Positions 8,743 through 16,451 of a stretch of DNA of 53,617 bases are shown one piece after another; the first letter of the stretch is position 1; each line of letters opens with the position of its first letter. The notes under the pieces are model-generated. The model ran no database searches. It had not been told where the DNA came from and saw nothing but the letters and a program-made list of their open reading frames with translations. The position numbers and the translations under genes were made by a program. The DNA comes from Gemmatimonadota bacterium (GTDB lineage: Bacteria; Gemmatimonadota; Gemmatimonadetes; Palauibacterales; KS3-K002), in contig JBDHJS010000023.1 in the NCBI GenBank assembly GCA_039586795.1, positions 1-53,617 of the forward strand, in the 5' to 3' direction.

Positions 8743-9904
8743 TCCGAACCTGACCTTCGAATCGTTCGTAGTAGGCCCGGAGAACCGGCTTGCCTGGGAG
8801 GCGGCGCGTACGGCAGCCGAGTCACCTGGCTCTGCGTACAACCCGCTCTTCATCTACGGGGACACCGGACTCGGAAAGACTCATCTGCTGGTCGCCATCG
8901 CCAACCGGGCCGGCGAGCTTAACGCGGAGTTCAAGGTCGCGTACACGCCGCTAGAGCAGCTGCTAACGCAGGCGAAGGACGAGGATGATGGAGGGGCAGC
9001 GTTCCGGGAGGCGGACCTTCTCCTGGTTGATGATCTCCAATTTCTCGGACCCAAGAGCGAGAGCCAGCACGTCCTCTTCCATCTTCTGGATCACCTGCTC
9101 ATGGCCGGCAAGCAGGTAGCGCTTGCATGCGATAGGCCGCCTCTCGAACTGGGGCAACTGGACGACCGACTTCTCTCACGTTTCAGCGGTGGCCTGGTAG
9201 TGGATGTCGGGAAGCCAAACCTGGAGACGAGGCGATCGATCCTCGAGCTGCGGTTGACTGCAATCGGGGCGTCGCTCAGATCGGATGTCATCGATGCTGT
9301 CGCGCGATTGGCGATAGAAAACGTTCGCCAACTCAAGGGAGCTTTGAACCGCGTACTTGCCGCTCAGAAGGCGGAAAACCGCGATGTCTCGTCAGATGAG
9401 ATCGACCGGTTGCTAGCCGATGTTGTTGCGGATCCAGACATGCCGTGGCTCAGCGACGAAGCGAATCAAACGGGCGCCGAGTTCAGGGATTTTCTGGACG
9501 ATGTATCGGTCGCTGTGGAAGAGGCGCTGGGTGCACCCAAATGGCGTGAGGACTTGGCCAGAGCGATCCTCAAGTGGGAAGCGGAGGGCTATTCGACCAA
9601 GCGTCTGGATGCGTTCCTCGACCGTGAAGAGATAGTCGATTCTGAACAAGTCGTCGCGGCCTACGAACGAGATATAGAGACACTTCAGTCGATAGGCGAG
9701 GAGGTAAATGGCCTGGGCGCAAAGCTACCGGATAAAAGCGTGCTGCATGACCCGGACCGCCTGGACGAGCTGCGAGATCTCCTGTCCGAAATACGTCGCG
9801 AGAACGTGACTGTAGATGAGTTCTTCAACGATTCCGAGAAGGTCATCTGGGACTGGCCGGTGACCGAGGAGAAACTGATCGAGAGCTGGGACGATGGCAA
9901 TTAA
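8726..9904 (+). CDS. DnaA/Hda-family AAA+ ATPase lacking DnaA domains I, II and IV, with an unrecognised C-terminal domain
   Basis: TFESFVVGPEN, YNPLFIYGDTGLGKTHLL (Walker A), LLVDDLQFL (Walker B), CDRPP, RLLSRF, NVRQLKGAL. No domain IV HTH (no GGRDHTTV-like motif). GTG 8726 preceded by GAGGAGG. Confidence 0.88.
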   Translation: MTVSVDPNLTFESFVVGPENRLAWEAARTAAESPGSAYNPLFIYGDTGLGKTHLLVAIANRAGELNAEFKVAYTPLEQLLTQAKDEDDGGAAFREADLLLVDDLQFLGPKSESQHVLFHLLDHLLMAGKQVALACDRPPLELGQLDDRLLSRFSGGLVVDVGKPNLETRRSILELRLTAIGASLRSDVIDAVARLAIENVRQLKGALNRVLAAQKAENRDVSSDEIDRLLADVVADPDMPWLSDEANQTGAEFRDFLDDVSVAVEEALGAPKWREDLARAILKWEAEGYSTKRLDAFLDREEIVDSEQVVAAYERDIETLQSIGEEVNGLGAKLPDKSVLHDPDRLDELRDLLSEIRRENVTVDEFFNDSEKVIWDWPVTEEKLIESWDDGN

Positions 9905-11522
9905 GGGTAGCCTAAAGGAAGCCAGCCTCACCGATGTCCTCCAGCTGCTGGCGATGGGGGGCAAGACGGGCTGTCTGTCGGTCACGGACCGACAGAGCTT
10001 CGGCTACATCTATTTCGACGAAGGTCGAATTGTCTACTCCTCGCTGCTCAATCGACGGGATCGGCTTGGCGACATTCTCGTGAGAGAGGGAGCCGTGACG
10101 AGGGAGCAACTTGATCAGGCCCTCGAGGAGCAAAGCAATACGAGAGACGGCCGGCGGATAGGTGAGATACTGTGCGATCGGGAATCGCTGAGCCCGAAGA
10201 CGCTTAAGAAGTACGTCCGCCACCAGATCGAGGAGGCGGTGTACCATCTGTTCACCTGGAGTCAGGGGACCTTCTACTTCGAGCCAAACCAGCGGCCGGA
10301 GAGAGAAGAAATCCTGGTCTCAATAGATCCTGAAAGCCTGCTATTGGAGGGTGCGCGGCGCGTCGATGAATGGAGCCAGATTGAAAAGAAGATACAATCG
10401 CTTGACGTCATATTCTCGCTCGATGCAGACAAGTCAGTCGCGCTCTCTTCATTAAAGCTAACCCCGGAGCAGGAAACGGTCCTGGAATATCTGGATGGTA
10501 AACACTCCGGTTGGGCGATCATCGACGAGTCAGCGCTTGGCGAGTTCGAGGTAGGTAAGGCGCTGTTCGGGCTTGCGTCCGCCGGTTTGATCAGGAAGAC
10601 GGGGCGACAAGAGCGGCAGCGCCCGAAGATGGAGACGAAGGCGCGAGTCGACGAACACCGGAATCTGGGCGTTGCGTTCTATCGGACGGGGATGTTCGAT
10701 GAGGCCGTACGCGAACTCAAACAGGTCATCGAGCTCGAACCGAGCGCGCTGGATGCGGAGTTCTACCTTGGGCTCATAGAGTTACGCAGTGGAAAGCTGT
10801 CGGTGGCCGAGTCGATTTTCCGCGCAATCCTGGAGAAAGGTGGTTCGAGGGCCGGCGTGTTCAACAACCTCGCCCACGTTTTGGCGGGTCAGGGAAGGAC
10901 GTTGGAGGCGCTGGCTCTTCTGGAGGAGGGGATAAAGAGGTCGGAGAACAGTCCGAAGCTTCACCTTTCGAAGGCCCTTCTCGAGCTGAAGACAGGCGAC
11001 CCGGCAGCTGCAAAAACCACCCTCGAAGACTATGAGAAACTCGAGGACGCCAGGTTAACGGCGCTGTACTATTCGACGAAGGCCTTGGCCCAGGCGATGT
11101 CGGCAAACATGGACGCTGCCATCATCGCGCTCGAGGAAGGTCTGGAAAGCCATCCGAACTCGGCCGCGCTCGCGAACAACGCCGGAGTGATTTGGGAGCG
11201 GAAAGGAGACGAGGACCGAGCACGGCAGTTGTACGAGAGGGCATTCGATAGCGAGCCGGACATCCCGCAGGTTTCGAAGAACGTGGCAGACCTCCTGTAT
11301 CGCGAGGGAAACTACGATGAGGCGGCGGAGATCTATGAACGCGCTATTCGCGCCGATGCCGACCTGGGTGACGATATCTATGCCAAGTTGGGCAATGTGT
11401 ACTACAAGAGCAGGGCTCGGGAGAAGGCGATAGAGATGTGGTTGAGAGCGTTGGAGCTCAACCCAGAAAACGAAGTCGTGCGCACTAACCTGGAATTTGT
11501 GAAAGACGTCAACGGTGGGTAG
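9894..11522 (+). CDS. DUF4388 + MshEN-like motif + TPR protein
   Basis: MAIKGSLKEASLTDVLQLLAMGGKTGCL (DUF4388); RLGDILVREGAVTREQLDQALEEQ (MshEN consensus); SLLLEGARRVDEW; several C-terminal TPRs. Confidence 0.86.
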   Translation: MAIKGSLKEASLTDVLQLLAMGGKTGCLSVTDRQSFGYIYFDEGRIVYSSLLNRRDRLGDILVREGAVTREQLDQALEEQSNTRDGRRIGEILCDRESLSPKTLKKYVRHQIEEAVYHLFTWSQGTFYFEPNQRPEREEILVSIDPESLLLEGARRVDEWSQIEKKIQSLDVIFSLDADKSVALSSLKLTPEQETVLEYLDGKHSGWAIIDESALGEFEVGKALFGLASAGLIRKTGRQERQRPKMETKARVDEHRNLGVAFYRTGMFDEAVRELKQVIELEPSALDAEFYLGLIELRSGKLSVAESIFRAILEKGGSRAGVFNNLAHVLAGQGRTLEALALLEEGIKRSENSPKLHLSKALLELKTGDPAAAKTTLEDYEKLEDARLTALYYSTKALAQAMSANMDAAIIALEEGLESHPNSAALANNAGVIWERKGDEDRARQLYERAFDSEPDIPQVSKNVADLLYREGNYDEAAEIYERAIRADADLGDDIYAKLGNVYYKSRAREKAIEMWLRALELNPENEVVRTNLEFVKDVNGG

Positions 11523-12318
11523 CGACGATCGCGCCTATTCCTCGCTGTTCTCACGGCTAGAGCGGGAACGCGGATTCAAGGGAGCCGCGTATCGCCAGAA
11601 GTGTTTGCGCCGCCGCGTTGCTGTGCGTATGCGGGCCCGGGGTATGGCCGATGTTGATGAATACGCGGCGTTGCTCGACGCCGACCCTACCGAGTATGAC
11701 AGGCTTCTCTGTGTTTTGACCATCAATGTCAGCAAGTTCTTCCGCAATCCAGAGACTTGGGAGGTGATCCAGAAGGACGTTCTCCCTGAGCTTCTTCAGC
11801 GATCCAGCTCGCTGCTGATGTGGAGCGCGGGGTCGGCCGCTGGTGAAGAGGCCTACAGCCTGGCGATAATGACCTGGGACTGGCTGACGCGCCACCGACG
11901 TGACATATCGAATGGCCTCCGCATCATCGGGACCGACATTGACAACCAGAGCCTGGAGGCTGCCCGAGCGGCCGAGTACTCGGAGGCTGCTCTGGATGAG
12001 ACACCAGACGACGTCAAGCGCCGCTGGTTCAAGCTTGATGATGTGTGGCGATTGAAGGAGCCAATTCCTCAACTTGTGGAGTTTCGGCAGCGCGACATCC
12101 TTTCCGGTCGACCTGATTTTGACGCGGACCTGATACTCTGCCGCAATCTTCTGATCTACCTAGACAGGGAAGCACAACGGCGGGTGTTTCAGGTATTCAT
12201 GGATACACTGCGGACGGACGGCTATCTGGTGTTGGGACGCGTAGAGATGCTTCCGTCGGTGTTCAAGAAGAACTTTGAGGTTGTGAACGCGCGAGAGCGT
12301 GTCTACAAGAAGAAATGA
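11515..12318 (+). CDS. cheR: Chemotaxis protein-glutamate methyltransferase CheR
   Basis: LTINVSKFFRNP, WSAGSAAGEEAYSLA, IIGTDID, LILCRNLLIY, GYLVLG. Confidence 0.93.
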   Translation: MGSDDRAYSSLFSRLERERGFKGAAYRQKCLRRRVAVRMRARGMADVDEYAALLDADPTEYDRLLCVLTINVSKFFRNPETWEVIQKDVLPELLQRSSSLLMWSAGSAAGEEAYSLAIMTWDWLTRHRRDISNGLRIIGTDIDNQSLEAARAAEYSEAALDETPDDVKRRWFKLDDVWRLKEPIPQLVEFRQRDILSGRPDFDADLILCRNLLIYLDREAQRRVFQVFMDTLRTDGYLVLGRVEMLPSVFKKNFEVVNARERVYKKK

Positions 12319-12794
12319 AGTATTACGTCTCGCTGGGTGAGCGCCGTGTTGGCAGGGCGGAGGGCATGTTTGCGGTTCTCGGCCTGGGGTCGTGCGTCGT
12401 GATCGTGCTCTATGATCCCGCGAGCTCAGTGGGTGGAATGTCGCATGTGCTTCTTCCGGATCCTTCGTACAACGACAACGCCGCTCGTCGTTGGAGATAT
12501 GCAACCACGGCGGTTCCAGGGCTCCTGGACGAAGTTGTGTCGGCTGGAGGGTCAAAGGCGAACATCACGGCGCGGCTAGTGGGCGGCGCGAGCATGTTCG
12601 GTGAGCTGCTTCCAAAGGGAGAGCCGAATATCGGAGAGCGAAATGTCGAGGCCGCTCGATCGGCGCTGAAGGAAGCGGGCATACCTCTAGTAGGTGAGGA
12701 CGTAGGCGGCGACTACGGTCGATCAGTGTATTTCAAGTTGAGCGACGGCCGACTCCGGGTTAAAGCTCATGGAAGGGAACATGTCGAAGTCTGA
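12315..12794 (+). CDS. cheD: Chemoreceptor glutamine deamidase CheD
   Basis: LGLGSCV (catalytic Cys), GGMSHVLLP (His), LVGGASMF, IGERN, EDVGGDYGRSV. Confidence 0.93.
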   Translation: MKYYVSLGERRVGRAEGMFAVLGLGSCVVIVLYDPASSVGGMSHVLLPDPSYNDNAARRWRYATTAVPGLLDEVVSAGGSKANITARLVGGASMFGELLPKGEPNIGERNVEAARSALKEAGIPLVGEDVGGDYGRSVYFKLSDGRLRVKAHGREHVEV

Positions 12795-13869
12795 GCCCGT
12801 TGGCCAAGCGAGGTCGGTGCTCGTTGTCGATGACAGCGTGTTCATGCGGCGCATGATCTCCGACATGATCGGACGTTTCCCCGGATTCGAGGTCGTGGGG
12901 ACAGCGGCAGACGGAGAGGAAGCGCTGCGGCTGATCGAAGCCCATGATCCAGCTGTCGTCACCCTTGACATCGAAATGCCTCGTCTCGATGGATTTGGCG
13001 TGTTAGAGCGGGTGATGTCATCGACGCCGAAGCCTATCGTGGTTCTCTCCGCATACACCGGCGAAGGAAGCGACGCGACATTGCGAGCGCTGGAACTTGG
13101 TGCCGTCGAGTTTGTAGCCAAGCCTTCCGGGCCGATTTCCTTCGATCTTGCTCGTGTGGAAGGCAGACTCTACGAAGCGCTACAGGCGGCGATTGTCGCG
13201 GACCTGGACGCACTGCTGAAAGAGCGCCGCGGGGGGACGCCGCGGTCTGTAGCTGCAAGCGACACCGGTGAGTTAAAAGTGGTAGCCATCGCTGCGTCCA
13301 CCGGAGGCCCCCGCGCTCTGGCGTTTATCTTGAGTGCTCTTCCCACCAACCTTGGAGCGGCCGTCCTCATCGTCCAACACATGCCACCCGGCTTCACTTC
13401 GACGCTGGCATCGCGTCTCGATGAGATTTGCCCGCTACCGGTGCATGAAGCGAGCGGCGGCGAACCGATTTTGGCGAACCACGTATGGCTAGCACCGGGT
13501 GACTTCCACATGAGAGTCCGGCGAATCGATGGCGAGGTGCGTCTGTCGTTGGATCAGCAGGAGCCGATGTGCGGGACGCGGCCAGCGGCCGACGCATTGT
13601 TCCCGACGGTGGCAGCTGTATTCGGTCAGGGTTCGGTAGGGGTGGTCCTGACGGGGATGGGACGCGATGGCGCAGATGGGCTTGCCGCGATTCGAGCTGC
13701 CAGCGGTCGCACTATCGCTCAGGACGAAGAGAGCAGCGTCGTCTTTGGCATGCCGGGCAAAGCCGTGGAACAGGGTGCGGCGGAACAGGTAGTCGCGCTC
13801 GACAGGATTCCGGAGGCGATCGTCGAATCGCTGAATTCTATCTCATCGCAGTCGCGGAGCGCACGGTGA
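12781..13869 (+). CDS. cheB: Chemotaxis methylesterase CheB (REC + esterase)
   Basis: REC VLVVDDS/TLDIEMP; catalytic triad IAASTGGP, VQHMP, LTGMGRDG. ATG 12781 follows GGAAGGG (ORF open from 12769). Confidence 0.96.
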   Translation: MSKSEPVGQARSVLVVDDSVFMRRMISDMIGRFPGFEVVGTAADGEEALRLIEAHDPAVVTLDIEMPRLDGFGVLERVMSSTPKPIVVLSAYTGEGSDATLRALELGAVEFVAKPSGPISFDLARVEGRLYEALQAAIVADLDALLKERRGGTPRSVAASDTGELKVVAIAASTGGPRALAFILSALPTNLGAAVLIVQHMPPGFTSTLASRLDEICPLPVHEASGGEPILANHVWLAPGDFHMRVRRIDGEVRLSLDQQEPMCGTRPAADALFPTVAAVFGQGSVGVVLTGMGRDGADGLAAIRAASGRTIAQDEESSVVFGMPGKAVEQGAAEQVVALDRIPEAIVESLNSISSQSRSAR

Positions 13870-14864
13870 AGGACCTGGTGACGTTCCGCGTTGGTGGTTC
13901 GAGATACGCGCTACCTGCCGAACTGGTGACAGAGGTTGTTGAGATCGAACCCGTAGCGCACCAGGTGCTGGCCGAGCAGGACAGCCAGGCGCCTGGACTG
14001 ACGCAGATCAGAGGTCGATGGGTTCCGGTGATCGAGTTGGCCGGAACGCTCCCCGATTGTGAGCCCCTGCGTTCCGCTGAAGAGGGCACGGTGCTTTTGG
14101 TACTGGGCCGTGGCGCGAACCAGCTGGGGCTGAAGATCGAGGAGCTAGGCGATGTAGTTCCGGCTGGCGAGGGTCGAACGCCGACGGGGCCCAGCTCCGA
14201 GCTGTTCATCGAGATCAACGGGGACTTGATACGCTACATCGACCCGGCGCTTCTCATCGATTCGCAGGCGAGTTTGCTGGTTGATCAAGGGGGAATGATG
14301 GAGGAGCACCAGACGGTACCCGATGCCAAGAAGGTCGTTGCCTTCAAGGTGTGCGCCGACGAATTCGCGGTAGATGTCATGAGCGTACGCGAGGTTTTGA
14401 AGGTCAGCGACGTGCGCCCGGTCCCCAAGGCGCCGGATTTTGTCGAAGGCGTAGTGGGCGTGAGAGATGCTGTGATTCCTGTCATCGATATGCGCAAGCG
14501 TTTTAGCCTTCCCGAGCGCGATGCCGGGGTGGAAGGGCGGCTCCTGGTTGTGACCACTGGTGATGGCCAGGTCGCTCTTGTGGTTGACGACGTACCCGGG
14601 GTCGTCGAGCTTCCTCTTGACGAGCTGAGTCCAGCTCCCGACTTCTTCAAGGGGCTGGCCGGTCGATACCTGGAGGCGATCGCGCAGTCCGGAGAGAGTC
14701 TTATTATACTTCTGAACCTGGATGAGATTCTTTCCTCGAAGGAGAAGATCGCGCTCAAGAAGATGATCAATGGAGGAAAAGGGTCGACCAGGAAGGCCAA
14801 GCCGGCTTCGGCAAAGCCACGGAAGAAGCGGACCACGCGGCGCACAAAGAAGGACCCAGGTTGA
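13866..14864 (+). CDS. cheW: Tandem CheW-CheW protein with Lys/Arg-rich tail
   Basis: First, degenerate CheW: LVTFRVGGSRYAL...GLTQIRGRWVPVIEL. Second, canonical CheW: VVAFKVCADEFAVDV..VREV..VPKAPDFVEGVV.VRD.VIPVIDMRKRF. GTG 13866 overlaps the cheB TGA. Confidence 0.88.
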   Translation: MKDLVTFRVGGSRYALPAELVTEVVEIEPVAHQVLAEQDSQAPGLTQIRGRWVPVIELAGTLPDCEPLRSAEEGTVLLVLGRGANQLGLKIEELGDVVPAGEGRTPTGPSSELFIEINGDLIRYIDPALLIDSQASLLVDQGGMMEEHQTVPDAKKVVAFKVCADEFAVDVMSVREVLKVSDVRPVPKAPDFVEGVVGVRDAVIPVIDMRKRFSLPERDAGVEGRLLVVTTGDGQVALVVDDVPGVVELPLDELSPAPDFFKGLAGRYLEAIAQSGESLIILLNLDEILSSKEKIALKKMINGGKGSTRKAKPASAKPRKKRTTRRTKKDPG

Positions 14865-15056
14865 GGAAGGCGCTCTCTGAGGCTACGGGCCAGATCTAGA
14901 CTAATCACGACGCCCCCCGCCGCGCTGCGAATCCTCCGCCGGTCGACGGTCCCGCTGCTTCTCTGCACAGTCTTCGTCGCCGCCGGTTCGACCTCCGTTC
15001 AACAAGATCTCAAATCAGGTTCTTTCATCTTTCGCGCCTGGCCGGGTCAGGAGCGC

Positions 15057-15872
15057 TTGGCCGAAACGCTCGCCCAAGCTGTAGAGCCGCCTCCAAGGAT
15101 GCCCGGGCTGCCTGCCGATATTCTGAATGGTGACCCGATCACCATTAACCTACCCCCGGATCGCCAGACCTTCGATTCACTAGCGCCAGGCGCCCCGGAC
15201 TGGAGCGCCGGCCTGGCGTTCCCTGAAGGAGACCAGATCGTACTGCCGACGTTCAACTACCGGTCAGGCGCTCAGTTGGTCTCCGTACTTCGTCATGAAT
15301 TGGCTCATGTTGCGGTAGGTCGCTATTTGGGCTCCATAGCGCCCCGCTGGTTTCACGAGGGCTACGCCCAGCTCGCCGCGGGCAGCTGGCGGGCCGAAAG
15401 CGCTTGGGAACTGCGTGTGGCCATCCTCCTTGGCCGAGTTCCTTCGTTGGAGAACCTCAGCCTTGACTTCCGGCGCAGCAGAATCGATGCCGAGCATTCC
15501 TATCTACTGTCTTATACCGCCGTCGAGTACATGTATCGGCTCGGCGGATCCGGCGGCTTTCAGGCGCTGCTGGAAAACTGGCGGTCGGGCGGTGACCTGG
15601 ACCGTGCGCTGCGAGGCACCTACGGAATCACTCTGTCACGGTTCGAGAGATTATGGCGGCAGGATGTGGCTGGTCGCTTTGGGTGGCTTCTGGTGCTTGC
15701 CCAGACGGCGATCTACTGGACGGCGTTGACGATCCTATTGCTGGTTATGGGGTACTGGAAGAAAAGGAGGAACCGAAGGAGATTGCGGGCCCTGGAGGAG
15801 AGGGAGAGAGAGGCGAGCGAGTCACAAGCGGCCGAAGGGGCAGAAGGTGTGACAGGCTACAATTCTGAATAA
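15057..15872 (+). CDS. Zinc metallopeptidase (peptidase MA-like), C-terminally membrane anchored; true start probably further upstream
   Basis: VLRHELAH zinc motif, PRWFHEGYA, C-terminal TM helix followed by a basic stretch. The frame is open upstream to 14865 and includes a signal-peptide-like segment. Confidence 0.8.
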   Translation: MAETLAQAVEPPPRMPGLPADILNGDPITINLPPDRQTFDSLAPGAPDWSAGLAFPEGDQIVLPTFNYRSGAQLVSVLRHELAHVAVGRYLGSIAPRWFHEGYAQLAAGSWRAESAWELRVAILLGRVPSLENLSLDFRRSRIDAEHSYLLSYTAVEYMYRLGGSGGFQALLENWRSGGDLDRALRGTYGITLSRFERLWRQDVAGRFGWLLVLAQTAIYWTALTILLLVMGYWKKRRNRRRLRALEEREREASESQAAEGAEGVTGYNSE

Positions 15873-15901
15873 TTGACGGCGGAGAACGATACGGATAGGT
15901 T
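15873..15901 (+). promoter_or_regulatory. Putative sigma70 promoter for the small membrane protein/tRNA-Val unit
   Basis: TTGACG (15873-15878), 17-nt spacer, TAGGTT (15896-15901). Confidence 0.6.
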
Positions 15902-15997
15902 TGTAGCCGTTCATGCCATACAAAATCCCGCAAGGAAAAGCAGCGCGGACCGTTAGGTTCCGCCACAGCGCAGTGTAGAGGGGTTGCGAGGGTCAAG

Positions 15998-16192
15998 GTG
16001 AAAGCAGGAAGCGAACCTAGGGCACTCCAGTTCACCCAATTGAATTGGGTACTGTTGGGAACGGCGGCGGTGCTGATCGTGATCGGCTATGTCGCTCTGG
16101 CGACGGATTCGCCGTTCGTGTCCACTGTGCTGGCTCCGCTCCTGCTGGTGATCGCCTACGCGGTGTTGATCCCTCTGGGCCTTATTCTATAG
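15998..16192 (+). CDS. Small two-TM membrane protein (DUF3098-like)
   Basis: 64 aa: F..LNWVLL....LIVIGY.AL...S..LAPLLLVIAY pattern; two hydrophobic helices. Confidence 0.65.
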   Translation: MKAGSEPRALQFTQLNWVLLGTAAVLIVIGYVALATDSPFVSTVLAPLLLVIAYAVLIPLGLIL

Positions 16193-16257
16193 AGGGTAGA
16201 GTAAGGCCAGGTGAGTACCTGAGCCCGAGCCGGGCGCGGCTCGCGGTGTAGGCAAGA

Positions 16258-16331
16258 GGGCGCGTAGCTCAGCTGGCAAGAGCGCTGCCCTTACAAGGCA
16301 GAGGCCCCTGGTTCGAGTCCAGGCGCGCCCA
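16258..16331 (+). tRNA. tRNA-Val (anticodon TAC), CCA not encoded
   Basis: Acceptor GGGCGCG/CGCGCCC-A; D arm TAGCTCAGCTGG..AGAGC; anticodon stem CTGCC-CTTACAA-GGCAG; T loop GGTTCGAGTCC. Confidence 0.97.
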
Positions 16332-16451
16332 TGGACCTGCGGGTCCAGCAATGAAAAGGGGAATGCGCGAGCGCAGGCTCGCTTGGTGTAGAACTCAAGC
16401 AGTGAGAAAAGGCTCATGAAGTGTGCGATCGCCAGAACCGGAGGAGCGGTC

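Noticed and set aside
8726..9904. Calling this the chromosomal initiator dnaA or an oriC region
   Set aside because: Domains I, II and IV are missing, dnaN/recF/gyrB are not adjacent, and I saw no DnaA-box cluster or AT-rich gap; both flanks are overlapping genes.
13569..13865. Long upstream extensions in the ORF track for cheW (also murD 26046, ftsL 19959, mtaB 50452)
   Set aside because: They overlap upstream genes extensively; better starts exist at or just after the upstream stop codons.
15913..15978. 21-codon uORF (MPYKIPQGKAARTVRFRHSAV) in the leader downstream of the 15873 promoter
   Set aside because: No SD, no attenuator-like codon run or terminator; consistent with chance.
16258..16331. 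tRNA-Val as the attachment site of an integrated island carrying the Che/Mgl operon
   Set aside because: No integrase or transposase in the window, and I found no duplicated tRNA 3' end by eye.
16217..16382. Small hairpins flanking the tRNA (CAGGT/ACCTG, CGAGCCG/CGGCTCG, TGGACC/GGTCCA, GCGAGC/GCTCGC)
   Set aside because: Stems of 5-7 bp without U-tracts are common at this GC content; at most pre-tRNA processing or stability elements.
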